This document shows, piece after piece, positions 1 through 12,200 of a stretch of 64,000 nucleotides of DNA (the stretch's first letter is position 1; each line of letters starts with the position of its first letter). The position numbers and the translations under genes were made by a program. The notes under the pieces were generated by a model. It was given only the letters and a program-made list of their open reading frames with translations. It was not told the DNA's origin and searched no databases. The stretch is from the NCBI GenBank assembly GCA_043228905.1, contig JBHGNT010000012.1:12338001-12402000 (forward strand), given 5' to 3'. The stretch comes from Azolla caroliniana. Its lineage: Eukaryota > Plantae > Polypodiophyta.

Positions 1-415
1 ATGTGTCTTTTAGATCTTTTTGCTTGCTTCCCATGCGATTCTAGGAAGTCGATGTGAGGAACTTTTCTGAACCTTAAGCATGTATTCAACAACCCTTTCC
101 ATGGCCATGATCTCAATAGGAAGTGATCTCGTCTCAATGATGAGGAGGATCTATGACGTTTGTTTCTTAATTTGTAGAAACTTTGTAAGAAAATGTTTTT
201 GGACATTTTCAAAACTCTTTCCAAGTAGATTTAGGGATGCTACCACACCATACTTCCATCCCATAGAGAAGCATTGGTGTCACCAAAGTGTCGAAAAGGT
301 ATTTCTTGCGAACCCAACACTTAATATCTCCACGATTGCATGAGTTCTCAATTGCATAATATGCTCGCTTTCCCCCCTCTAAGCGGTGTGTAGCACATTC
401 ATTCCATCTATGATT
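1..415 (-). mobile_element. Degraded non-LTR retrotransposon (LINE) RT C-terminal fragment
   Basis: ORF 209-418 contains KKYLFDTLVTPMLLYGMEVW, resembling the RT C-terminal 'LF..LV.P.LLYG.EVW' motif of RTE/L2-like LINEs; broken frame. Confidence 0.6.
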
Positions 416-427
416 CAAAAGAACTTC

Positions 428-432
<5 letters not shown>

Positions 433-483
<51 letters not shown>
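433..483. repeat. (AG)n microsatellite
   Basis: Perfect AG dinucleotide run of about 50 bp. Confidence 0.95.
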
Positions 484-487
<4 letters not shown>

Positions 488-2924
488 GTGTTGAATATGA
501 AGAAAGATAAGTTTGGTTTATGTGATAGATGGAGTTCAAGATTACTGCACTCCAGGATGGAATCCTTCCATTGTGGATTGCATTGTGAGAGTTGCAATTT
601 GAGTGGAAAAGAGAGAACTAAAATAGTCGCAATAACAATGTAATGCTTTTAACACGCAATTAATATAATTGTTTTGTTTTAATAAAGAGGGTTGGCAAAT
701 GCATACATACAAGTTACAAAAATTGAATTGTTAGTTACACTCCATCCAACCTTTGTTCATTCCCAAACACTATTGAAGAACCCAATAATTTTATTTAAAC
801 CATTAAGTTTTGTTCTATCCCATTATTTCTAATTCTTGTAGGGTGAAAACGGAAGAGTAGATTTAGGGCGAAATTTTAGAATATATAATAACAAATATTC
901 TAAGGGACGAACTCTTTTGTATATTATTGATGCATTGACATTGCTTGAAGACATCCATCAAATGTTGTACATTGTGTTTGGGAATATGTGAAGAGCTCAA
1001 GACTCAATAAGGATGCCTTAAGGGTCTTCATGCATATGTTAAGTTAATACTTTTCTCGTAAGACAAAATCCACACAATATGGTGTGTATCTTGAATACTA
1101 GACAAATGGACATCATAATGTTATTGAGAACTCGTACTAATAAACCAACAATGTATGGAAGGCTCATGTCTTTGGCACTATGTTGAACAATGTTTGTGCG
1201 TCTTTTTTACTATTTCTCAAATTAAAACTTAAAAGACATTATTTTGATATGATGAATGCTTATATATATGTTTTTGCCTCCACCATCCATGAACTATGTA
1301 TATATGTTTGGGAAATTTCAGTGTTCTTATTTATGTCTCATGTTTTGGGGGGGGGGGGGACCTAAGCTCTCATTTTAATTGATGTTCAATATCTATATGA
1401 TGATTTGGCTCAGCCCCTGGGTGAGAAGAATGTTATAACCCAACAATCTAGATTACGTGACATGAAAGCCTATTTATTTCGAATGGGCTATACCAATCCT
1501 TATATCATTCATAGGGTAAATACATGACTTGTTAGAATATCCTAGTTTAATTTAGGAGAATGATAACAAGGCATGCATATATAGCACACACATTTAATGA
1601 TGTGCATGTCTTTTGCAAGAGAATATGCTCATGTACCAAGTAATTGAGTCAAAGAGTTCACACTACAATTCGCACTTGGTGAGAAAGAGGACAAAAGGTG
1701 ACACAAATGGGGATGAAAATGTTGTTGTGTAAATGGTTCATGCAAAGAATTCTTCTATAGGAAGACATTTATCTAGTGGCCCCAATAGAGAATATATTAT
1801 TGTACATTGCAGTGAAATATGACCCATAAGACTAAAACTGAAACATTTCCACAATGCGTGGAGTTAAGTGATTCTTGATCTTTAAGAATTTTACCAATGA
1901 AGGTTGCAATTCAGAGTGCACATTGTGATTGTGAAAGAAATGTGCGTAGTGATTGAACCAAATTGATAATGTGTGGAAAGCAAGCTCGAAGGCTGAGCAT
2001 TATACCAAACTGGGTTACACAAGCTCATGAACTTGTTGAAGGCAATATATGACTGGCCAACAAGCCACATGACATGTGGCTTAAATGCTTGAAGAGAATG
2101 TGTACTAGTTGTATGGAAACAATGGTGTGGGGTGGACAAAAATGACGCGGTTGGCACGTGTTAGAATTTGTGGTTTCCTAATTTAGAGAAGGCACTCAGT
2201 ATTGTTGTTTAGGTGCAACATGCATAAGATAATGTGTGAAATGATCAACACCACATCTTTTCCAACATTTGGTGTTGTAAAAAAGCCTCATTTTTCACAA
2301 AAGAATCTATTGACAGATCATGACATGTCATGAGAGAGAGAGAGAGAGATTTTTAATGCTAGGAGAGGCCAATTGTGACCTATGAGATAGAATTGAGCCC
2401 ATGACAAGAATCGAACTTGAATTCTCCCAAATTTAGGACATTTGAGGGAGATGCATCAATGCAACATGTAATTTACATAAAGTGATATAATATGTGCAGC
2501 CCATTACCTTCCTTGGAGTTGATCATAAATTAGAGAATAGGTGCCATCATAGTTAATATGCATATAATTGAGTGTCGCACAAGAGGTTGTTCCATAATGG
2601 CACCTAGAGAAAAAAAATTAGGAAACAAAAAAAGGTGTTGATAATTGAGCCTTGAAACCAAGGTCTTAAGAGTTGGTAGTGTCAACAACTTCCTACTAGA
2701 GTAAAATATTTACAGGAGAAAAAGAAGCCGTAAAAATGCGATGTAGGGGACGGGGGCGTAAGAACTTTATATCTTTATTTAATTATTTGTGTACGCCTGA
2801 TTTAGAATCAATCAATCATATATGTAATAGAATATAACAATAATATTGTTGGTTTCTTTACAACCTAGAAAAGAGACTTAATTTAGTACTGTTCCATCTC
2901 GCTTCTCAACGTAGCAAATAACAA

Positions 2925-2926
<2 letters not shown>

Positions 2927-2961
<35 letters not shown>

Positions 2962-4034
2962 CTGGATGGATGGGTTGGAGTCTGGAGACTTTACGGAGGG
3001 GAGGGGAGAGGAGGAGTTTCAATGGACGTACATGGATGGGATGGGATGGGGATCCATCCATCTCTCCCTCTCTCTATCTATCTGTATATGTATACGTGTG
3101 TGTGTGTGTCTGTAATATGTACATATGTATATGTATGGTATGTACATACATACATACATACATACATACATACATGTATGTCATGTAAATGCGTGGATGG
3201 GTGGTGTTACGTGTGCATGTCCAAGACGTATGAAGGTTTAGTTTTTTTATTTTATTTTATCGGGACCACACACAACACATACACTTTTGAAGATTTCAAA
3301 CGAGTTGAAAAGTCTGAATATATGAATTCAACTATACATACATATTGTATATATCCATTGACAAAACCAGAAAGCGAAGAAAAAGAGGGCAGGGACACAC
3401 ACACAACACAACACAACACAACACAACACAACACAGAGAGAGAGAGAGTAAGAGTAGAGTTGAGGAATCACGATATATGTATATGTATCTTCTTCTTCTT
3501 CTTCCTCTGCCTCTTTGCCTCTGTGTGATCCGACCAGCAGCAGCAGCAGGAGCCGTCGTTGTCGCCGCCATCTCCATTTTCTTTGGCTTTTTTGTTTTGG
3601 GTTTTGGTTGGATGAGAGCGAAGTCTAGTCAATATCCCTCCCACCCCCAACCCAAATATGTATCATGAATAAAAATAAATAAAAAATAAACAAACAAATG
3701 AATGAATATATAATATGGTGAGGAGGGAGGACTGACTGACTACATTACATACATATGTGTACATACTCAGGAGAAATGAAGCAGAGAAGACCATCATAAT
3801 GACCCAGCCCTCAGCCCTCAGCAGGCATACTATATACTATATACTATACTGTCTGTCTCTGTCTCTGTGTGTGTGTGCGTGTGCGCACTTACGTCTGCCC
3901 ATGAAGGAAGGAAGGAAGGAATGATTTTTGGATGAAGGAATGAATAGTCGAGAGTCGAGAGTCGAGAGAGAAGAGTTGGTATCAACAAACAGCAGCATCG
4001 AGTAGTGGGAGGCAGGTAGGTAGGTAGGTCGAAT
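2927..4034. repeat. Dense microsatellite cluster upstream of the RLK: (AG)n, (GGGAT)n, (GT)n, (ATAC)n, (ACACA)n, (TTC)n, (CAG)n, (GGAA)n, (GGTA)n
   Basis: Visible simple repeats across the presumed promoter/5' UTR. Confidence 0.85.
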
Positions 4035-7000
4035 ATGCAGCCGCAGAAGAAGAAGAAGAAGAAGAGGAGGAGGAGGAGGAGGAGACCGTCTGCAATCAGA
4101 TCTTCTTCTTCTTCTTCTTCTTCTTCTTCTTCTTCTTCTTCTTCTAGTAGTGCCGGTCGTCTCCTCCTCCTCCTGAGGCAGGGGCAGGGGCAGGGGCAGG
4201 GGCAGGGGAAGGGGAAGGGGAAGGGGAAGGGGCAGCTTGTATGCATCCTCCTCCTCCTCATCTTCTTTATAATTCTCCATTGCACAACAGCTGAGGAGCA
4301 GGCATGGGCTGAAGAAGAAGAGGAGGAGGAGGATGATCTGCAAGTGCTCCTCCTCCGATTCAGCCCATCTCTGGAAGGCGGCGGAGGAGGAGGAGGTTCT
4401 GCGGAGTGGCCGCCGCGGTCGTGGTCTCTGGGGTCGCCGTGCTGGTCGTGGGAGGGCGTCAGGTGCTCGGCATCATCGGGCCGCGTGACGTCGCTGTCGC
4501 TGCCTTCCCTCAACCTGAGGGGGCCCATCCCCTCCTCCTCCCTCTCCTCCCTCTCAGCCCTCTCCTCCCTCAACCTCTCCCTCAACCTTCTCCACGGGCC
4601 CATCCCTGCCTCCCTCTCCTCCCTCTCCTCCCTCCGCATCCTCTCCCTCAGCAGTAACCATCTCTCTGGCCCCATCCCCCCCCAACTCTCCCTCCTCTCT
4701 TCCCTCCAACTCCTTGACCTCTCTGTCAACTCCTTGTCCGGCTCCATCCCCTCCCAACTCTCCCTCCTCCCCAACCTCACCCTCCTCAACCTCTTCTCTA
4801 ACACTCTCTCCGGCTCCATCCCCTCCGCTTTCGGCCGCTACTCCGCCTCTCTCCACCAGTTGGCACTCTTCAGCAACAACCTCTCCGGCCCCATCCCGCC
4901 ATCCTTGGGCAATCTCAAGAATCTGCGCCTGCTCCGCCTCGGCAACAACAGCTTAGTCGGATCCATCCCCCCTGAGTTAGCCGGATGCCAGAGCTTGCAG
5001 ACCTTGGGTCTCGCACAGAACAAACTTGTAGGGAGCATCCCTAGTGCCCTCGCCAAATTAAGAAGCCTAACCAGCCTGGTATTGTTCAAGAATCAACTGA
5101 CAGGCACAATTCCTTCAGAGCTTGGATCGTTGAGCAACCTCAGCAGCCTGGCTTTATACGATAACCAGTTGTCAGGGAGCATACCAGCAGGCCTCGGCAA
5201 TTTGCACAAGCTGCAGCTCCTCTATCTGTATCGGAACAATCTCCAGGGCAGCATCCCATGGCAACTGGGGAATTGCACATCCATGGTAGAGCTGGATCTC
5301 TCCATGAACAATCTCTCAGGAAGCATCCCGGCATCCCTGGGGCAACTCCACCAGATGAAGCTTCTGCACCTCTTTCAGAACAACCTCAGTGGGCCCGTCC
5401 CACCACAGCTGGGGAGCCTCCTCCACTTGCAGACCATGGATCTGTCCATCAACCGAATCTCAGGAAAAATTCCTGCGCAATTGCAAGCCCTCGAGATGCT
5501 CTCCAATCTCACGCTCGCAGACAACAACTTGAATGGAACCATCCCTCCCATGCTTGGTTATTACAGTGGCCTCACATTGCTTGACCTTTCCGGGAACAAG
5601 CTCACTGGAGGCATTCCTGAGAAGGTTTGCAGGAATGGCCAGTTGCTTCGACTCAGCCTAGGGTCCAATCAGATAACCGGCCTCATTCCGCAAGGAGTGA
5701 GAAATTGTTCGACATTGACGACATTGGATCTGCATCAGAATCTCCTCTCAGGGACCATTCCTCGTGACCTGGATCTTCTACCGGGCTTGACATACCTGGA
5801 CCTCTCTGGCAATGGATTTGAGGGGCCCATCCCTTCCGAGTTAGGGAAGCTTAGCGGTACCCTCATGTATCTCCTCCTCTCAGGGAATCGGTTGACAGGG
5901 AGCCTGCCAGATGAACTATGGGCGCTGACTAGGCTAGGATCTCTCCATGTCTCCGGAAATCAGCTCAGTGGAAGCATCCCGGCGGCACTCGGCAACTGTA
6001 CGAGGCTGCAGAGGCTTGATCTAAGCAACAATTCTTTCTCTGGAACCATCCCGAAAGAGCTCTCCAAGCTAACAAAGCTTGCTAGCCTTGATCTTTCCAA
6101 TAATGCTTTGGTAGGTCCGATCCCTGCAGAGTTAGGGAGCTTGGGTTATCTGATAGAGCTCCAATTAGGTGGAAATGGTCTGAGTGGAGAGATCCCCGGT
6201 GAGCTAGGGAACCTTTTTAGCCTCAGTATAGCCCTGGACCTGGGACGTAACAACCTGAGCGGCCAGATCCCTGAGCAATTGGGCCTGTTGCGCCTCCTCA
6301 ACAACCTCTACTTGGACCACAATCAGCTCTCTGGCCAAATACCCTCCTCTTTCCAGAACTCTATAAGCAGCCTCCTTGTCTTCAATGTCGCCTTCAATCT
6401 CCTGACAGGCCCCATCCCCTCCACTTTCAGCCACATGAGTGCAGACAACTTCCTCAACAACTTGGACCTCTGCGGATCTCCCCTCCCCATTGCTTGCGTT
6501 TCATCCAATAATACCTCTTCCCCTAACCCTGCATCATCATCTACACAGAACTCTCCTTTCGGCTCCCTCTCTGTAAAGACGGTGATTATCATAGTCACGG
6601 TCATATTATTCGGTGTCTCCCTCTTATCCATACTTGCTTTTGCTTTCTGCTTGTGTGTCCGGCAAAGGGCTTCCCTCAGCAGTTTCAATGGCGAGGATGA
6701 TGAACTCCAACTAGAGCATGTGGACAAGGCAATGGAGAGGCTCTATTTCCATATAACTGCACCAGATCTCACATTCCAGGATGTGGTCGACGCGACCCAT
6801 GGGTTCTCGCCCAGCTGTGAGATAGGAAGAGGGGCTGCAGGCACGGTTTACAAAGCCCAGCTTAGCACGGGAAAAGTTATCGCAGTAAAGAGGATTCCAG
6901 CAAGGCAGGACGAGGGCCCGTCCCCTGCAGCTGCAGCCATGGATGGAAGCTTTGATGCCGAGATCAAGACCCTGGGGAAAGTGAGGCATAGTAATATTGT

Positions 7001-7446
7001 GAAGCTCTATGGGTTCTGTTATCATGAGAAGGCCAATTTACTGCTCTATGAGTTCATGCAGAATGGGAGCTTGGGGGAGCATCTGCATGGCACTCCGTCG
7101 CGTGCTCTCATCTCAGATCGTGCAGCTCCGGTTTCTTCTTCCTCTTCTGGATCCTCTGTAGTTTCTGGTGCACCAGCTACATTGGCCACTGACACTAATA
7201 ATGTCCAATGTAACTTGGATTGGGACGCAAGGTACCAGATTGCTTTAGGGGCAGCCCAGGGGCTGGCTTATCTACATCATGATTGCAAGCCTGCCATAGT
7301 TCACAGAGATATCAAATGCAATAACATCTTGTTAGATGAGAACATGAAGGCACATGTAGGTGACTTCGGCCTTGCCAAGCTTATCGATGCCCCCTACTCA
7401 GTATCAGCCTCTGCCATTGCTGGCTCGTATGGTTACATAGCTCCTG
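4035..7446 (+). CDS. LRR receptor-like kinase, subfamily XI (PSYR/At5g63930-At2g33170-At1g17230-like), exon 1
   Basis: Hydrophobic signal segment LVCILLLLIFFIIL, LRR cap PCWSWEGVRC, more than 20 plant LRRs (LxxLxLxxNxLsGxIP), NxxLCG cap, TM helix, kinase motifs IGRGAAGTVYKA, AVK, TLGKVRHSNIVKLYGFCYH..NLLLYE, HRDIKCNNILLD, DFG. Ends at GYIAP-G|gtaag, the conserved LRR-XI intron position. Confidence 0.93.
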
Positions 7447-7548
7447 GTAAGCTCTTCACCTTTCATGCTTTTCTTTTCCTTACTTCTGTGGTTACGTAGC
7501 TCCTGGTAAGCTCTTCACCTTCAATGCTTTTCTTTTCCTCACTTCTGT
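7431..7548 (+). repeat. 59-bp tandem duplication spanning the RLK exon1/intron junction
   Basis: ggttacatagctcctggtaagctcttcacc...cttctgt at 7431 is repeated at 7490 with a few substitutions. Confidence 0.9.
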
Positions 7549-7656
7549 GAAGGTTTCTGCTGCTAGTTGCAGTAGTATGGTTAAAATTATGGCATTACAC
7601 ACACAGAATCATGATCATATGTTTGACATTTCTCATTCTTTGTTTCTTCATCGCAG

Positions 7657-8054
7657 AGTATGCTTTCACTATGAAAATCACCAGCAAATGCGATGTTTAT
7701 AGCTTTGGAGTTGTTCTTTTAGAGCTACTGACAGGAAGACTGCCAGTACAATCTGTGGAACTCGGAGGTGATCTTGTATCTTGGGTTAAAAACTCCATAT
7801 CCTCAGAGAATGAGCTCAAGCATATTTTTGATTCAAGACTACAAATGAACAACATTGTTCTTGCAGAGATGGTGAATGTTTTGAAGATTGCACTCTTGTG
7901 CACAAATATGCTACCTCTTGAAAGACCTTCAATGCATGATGTTGTAGGCATGCTAGAAGGGGTTAAGAACTCGTTAAACCCAAGAAGAACACTTGAGAAT
8001 CGGTTGAGCAGATTAGAATTGGAAATAGCTCACTCACAAATTTTCAAAACTTAA
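7657..8054 (+). CDS. LRR-XI receptor kinase exon 2 (kinase VIII-XI); spliced product about 1269 aa
   Basis: Acceptor ttcttcatcgcag|AG completes GAG(E); [28 protein letters not shown]...RPSM; stop at 8052-8054. Confidence 0.92.
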
Positions 8055-9258
8055 TTATTTTTTCTGTAAAATGTAAAACATACCGCTGATTGAATCAACA
8101 AGTCCTAACATTCTTCATGAGGCCTGGTCTCTTTCATGGCTGTTCTTTACTTCACAACTTTCAATTGCAATTTTAGCCATTAATGGCTCCTACAAATTCA
8201 AACCAAATGATGTCTTACCACCTACTCAACAGATCAGTAACACAAGATACGCGCGTAAGAAAAATACAAAAACCTAAATACCATGATTGGTAGTGATTGT
8301 CCTCTCATGGATTGCACCGAAATCCATGGTATCATGTCTCCAAAAACCAAGAATTACCTTATGAGTTTGTATGCTTAATTGTCAATTTGATGACATATTT
8401 ATTATTACTTCACAAATTTGCATCAACGAACTACTCCATTATCCATATAAACAACACAAGTTTGGCTGATTGGAGATACATTATCGTTGATTGATATACC
8501 AATCCTCTCCATTATCTTTCCTTTCTTTCCGTAAACAAAATTGATGTACTAACATGCAAAACTACTTAATTTTAAGGTCCATCGAAAGAGCAAAGGGATT
8601 GCAACAGCTGGCACGTGTCCCTCTATGGTTCTCTGTGTTTGCCACATATCTACATTTAATGTTCCCTTTCCATAATCTTCTTGGCCTTTTCCACATACCA
8701 AGCGAGAAAAATCCTTATACGCAATTTCGAGGAAAATGAAAACCCATATAGAATTGTTTTACTAAAAGTTGAAGTTCCAGCACTATTCTTTAAGTCCTCT
8801 TCCTTGTAGCAGTAGAAGTATGTGGTAGTAAGTTAAGTAGTTGTACATGCTGAGCCTCTCATGCACCTGTTGTACTCTTATCTTGTTGTAATATTTTTTA
8901 ATCAGCATTTTCAAATATTAATAGGCATTTCCAAGACAATTATTCAACTCTCGGCTGCATTGTTCTTTATGCATTGCCATTCATTCTACATAGTTTCTTT
9001 TAATCTCATTAACATGGACCAATAGAAGAATATATCAAACATTGAAGGTACATCGATCATGTTAGGGTGTTCAACGATCTATCCAACATAACACATTCAA
9101 GCACAAAATTAGTGTCTGGCAAATTACTGCCTTAATAAGATACATACATGAGTTTTTTTTGCCTACAAAATTCCTTGTGATGTACTGACAGCAGTATATT
9201 ATCGCCAAGAATAACATCACAATATCATGGAGCCCCTTGCAGCTCCATATAATCTTGG

Positions 9259-9288
9259 TCAGTCACCCGTGGGCTGTCTTCCTTCCTC
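9259..9288 (-). CDS. SLC1 putative terminal exon 10 (EEGRQPTGD*)
   Basis: ttag| acceptor in phase 0 after a strong gtaagt donor; short and without a homology anchor. Confidence 0.5.
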   Translation of the reverse strand, partial: EEGRQPTGD

Positions 9289-12200
9289 CTAAACTCATCA
9301 CAAGTTCAGCAATGATTATTGCAACACAGTGAAATTCATTGCATCTCCCAACAAATTGACTTCATGTTTTGAGGCCATCAAATATACAATTACTTACAGA
9401 CGCAGAACGAAGCCCTTGCTTCTTCAAGTATTTCTTTTCCCATGCATCCACAATCACACATGCACAGGCATCTCCCCATATATTCACCGAGGTGCGAAAC
9501 ATGCCAATTAGCCAATCCACAGCATACAAGACAGAAAGTTCACTAGTGTACTCACTCAAGGATACTGCCTGCATCACTTGCATTTTACCAAGACTCAAAA
9601 AATACATTTACTGATTATTTATGTAAGATCACTTTATAACTGACCTGAAGCACCGTCACAAGTGACACTAGAGCAGAATTCGGAATGGATGCGGATCCTA
9701 TTGCTGCCAATGTTGCACTTATTGCAACAACAATTATGTTCCCAACTGATAGACTCAAGCCATTTGCCTGGAAGAAAAAAATCCATTCAATGTATCTTAT
9801 CACTGTAACCAATGTTCAAAAACTTATTTTTACCAAAAGGGAAATAAATGAAAAGAATTAGAGAATATGGTTCTATGGAGGATCAACTGAATATACTTCT
9901 ATGGAGTTTTATTTCCTATTTAATCTTGGCATTGGAGCTACATGGTTCATCCCAAATTATGCTCAATGGAGGACTTGTGCAGACAATTACTTTACCTAGA
10001 CCAGCGACCCAACTGCTGCTCTTAAACACTTCATGCAATGTTATAACGTTTACCCTAAAGGGTACATACAATCTTATCTTTCTCTTTTTTCTCAGAAAAC
10101 CATGGATTATATTTACTGTGTTATAATGTCGTGAGTGAAAACATCAATTATATATTAAGAAAGCACTGCCACAGGACTACAGAAAAATAACTCAGTGTTG
10201 TGTATACTAACAAGAGCGGTAGGATTACGCATAAACGATCATTGCATGATCAACCATGACGTTAATAGAGAAAACAGTTTTCGTTTATATATAGTGATTA
10301 ATGAAACTAGTAATAGTTAAAATTAATAATGATTGGTTATTATGAATTTTGCTCGCATTCAACACTCCCCTTATCTTGTGGATACATTAATGAATTTTAT
10401 TTTTTACAAGTAATGTGATCTGAACATGAAACAGGTTTCATAAGAAAGTCTGTCCACATATTAACAGATGTAGGTAAAGTTTAAATCAATCTTCTTTGCT
10501 TCATTAACATTACAATCAGCATTCTATTGAAATCAACATTAAGTTGTAACTCATCTTCGGACTATTGGCAAGTATGATTGCACAAAAGATGGTTACTATT
10601 CGAACCTTGAATAGTTGTCTGATCGAATATCAACTCGATCCATACAGAGTGGTTGATGCAAGAGTTATATAGCTAAACATTTTTCTTCCATTGATGACAA
10701 AACCACCATGGTTTGCTTTTTTTTACCTCTAAACTACTGCAACTCCGGCAAGTATAAAGATATAGCCACCAAATGACTTGCCATTGTCTACACTATGCCC
10801 CTCCCAAAAGAAAAAAACAAAGTCAATCCAACCAAGTAGTTGACTTGTGCATTAATGTTCGTGTTGATTTTATAGGTACTTGGTTGGATTGAACCGTGCT
10901 TTAACCTTTCAAGTCAAGTACTCTGCTGGATTTTAAAAACGCTTTCTGCCTGATGCTTAAGATCATCAAGTTGGTCTTGCTGCACAGGATATGATCTCAC
11001 GTTGCATCACATAGACATGCACCAAACTTTTTGTAATGAAGAGCTAGATACAAAAACACCAGAACTTTTTGAAGATCCACCACATCTGAAGTTTGTATGT
11101 TATGTTTGAAAATCAATATATGATCTCAGGCAATGGCCACGTGTATGATATAAAAAATGTCAATCTTTATTTAATGCTTAAATGAATGAGCCACATTTCT
11201 CTTAAAAAAACAGATAGACACTTGTTATCGTTGACATTTATGCAATGATTTTTAGTTATTTTCAGGCTCTAAAATCCTATTTAAACCTTAGGTGAAAAGA
11301 ATTGGCATCTACTCTCCCTATAATTAATTCAGGGCCTATCGACCATGATCCATTTCCTTTGCATTCATGTAATTTGAAATAGATCCAGTCACACTATCAT
11401 TCTTTCATAATCCAAATATGTTGTCACAATTCTTCAAAGATGTGATATGCACCATAGCAGGCCTATCAACATCCATGTCTTTCGTCCTTGTAGATTCTCC
11501 ATTGTTAATTCTCTTGAAGGAGATAGAGGAAAACGCAATTCAAAAGTAAGTTGCATATGATTAGATATTTGTTTTACCGTTGCGTTTCTTCCTCATTTTA
11601 TGGCTCTTCCGAGCCCAAAGCATTGGATTGATAATAAAAGGTTACAATGATATTGGAAAAACACACAATGTGTGGCAGTGGATTCCTCAGCATTATTTGT
11701 ACAAGGATGGATCAACACTTCAAGTCAACTACTTGGTTGGATATGCTTGAATAGGAGAGACTTAAAGTGGCTATGTCTGCACACATCCTGGTGTCGCAAT
11801 TGCTTGGAGGTCAAAAAAGCAATCCAAAGTTGCTTTCTCATCAATAGAAGCAAAATATTTACTTGTATCTCTTGCAGCAAAAGAAGCTGCACGCTACATT
11901 GGTCAACTCCATACTTGACGAGATCAATCTATCCGAGGTTCCAAAAATAACCCTCTTCTACGATGATCAACCTTGTATCAAACTTGCCAATATATGAGTG
12001 ACAACATACATCATGCTGCTATTGAAGCCAAGAAACATCATGGTTGCACATACCATGATTTTGCAAAATTGCTGCATAGCGTAATACTAAGAGAGCTATA
12101 AAAGCTACCAGCATACCAGCATAAACCCGTAAGTAATGGGCATTGATTGGGTTCTCTTAGATAAGTGTCATATGGTGTGTACAAAGTTAAATATCACATT

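Noticed and set aside
2385-2430. Minus-strand B-box-like GTTCGATTC (tRNA or SINE)
   Set aside because: No convincing A box, cloverleaf or TSD.
2970-3668. Several 60-170 aa ORFs upstream of the RLK
   Set aside because: They translate microsatellites (YIHT, TTQHN, poly-F/L) and are not credible proteins.
3830-4856. Antisense ORFs of 329, 168 and 100 aa over the RLK 5' end
   Set aside because: Shadow frames of C/T-rich LRR codons and microsatellites; no domain content.
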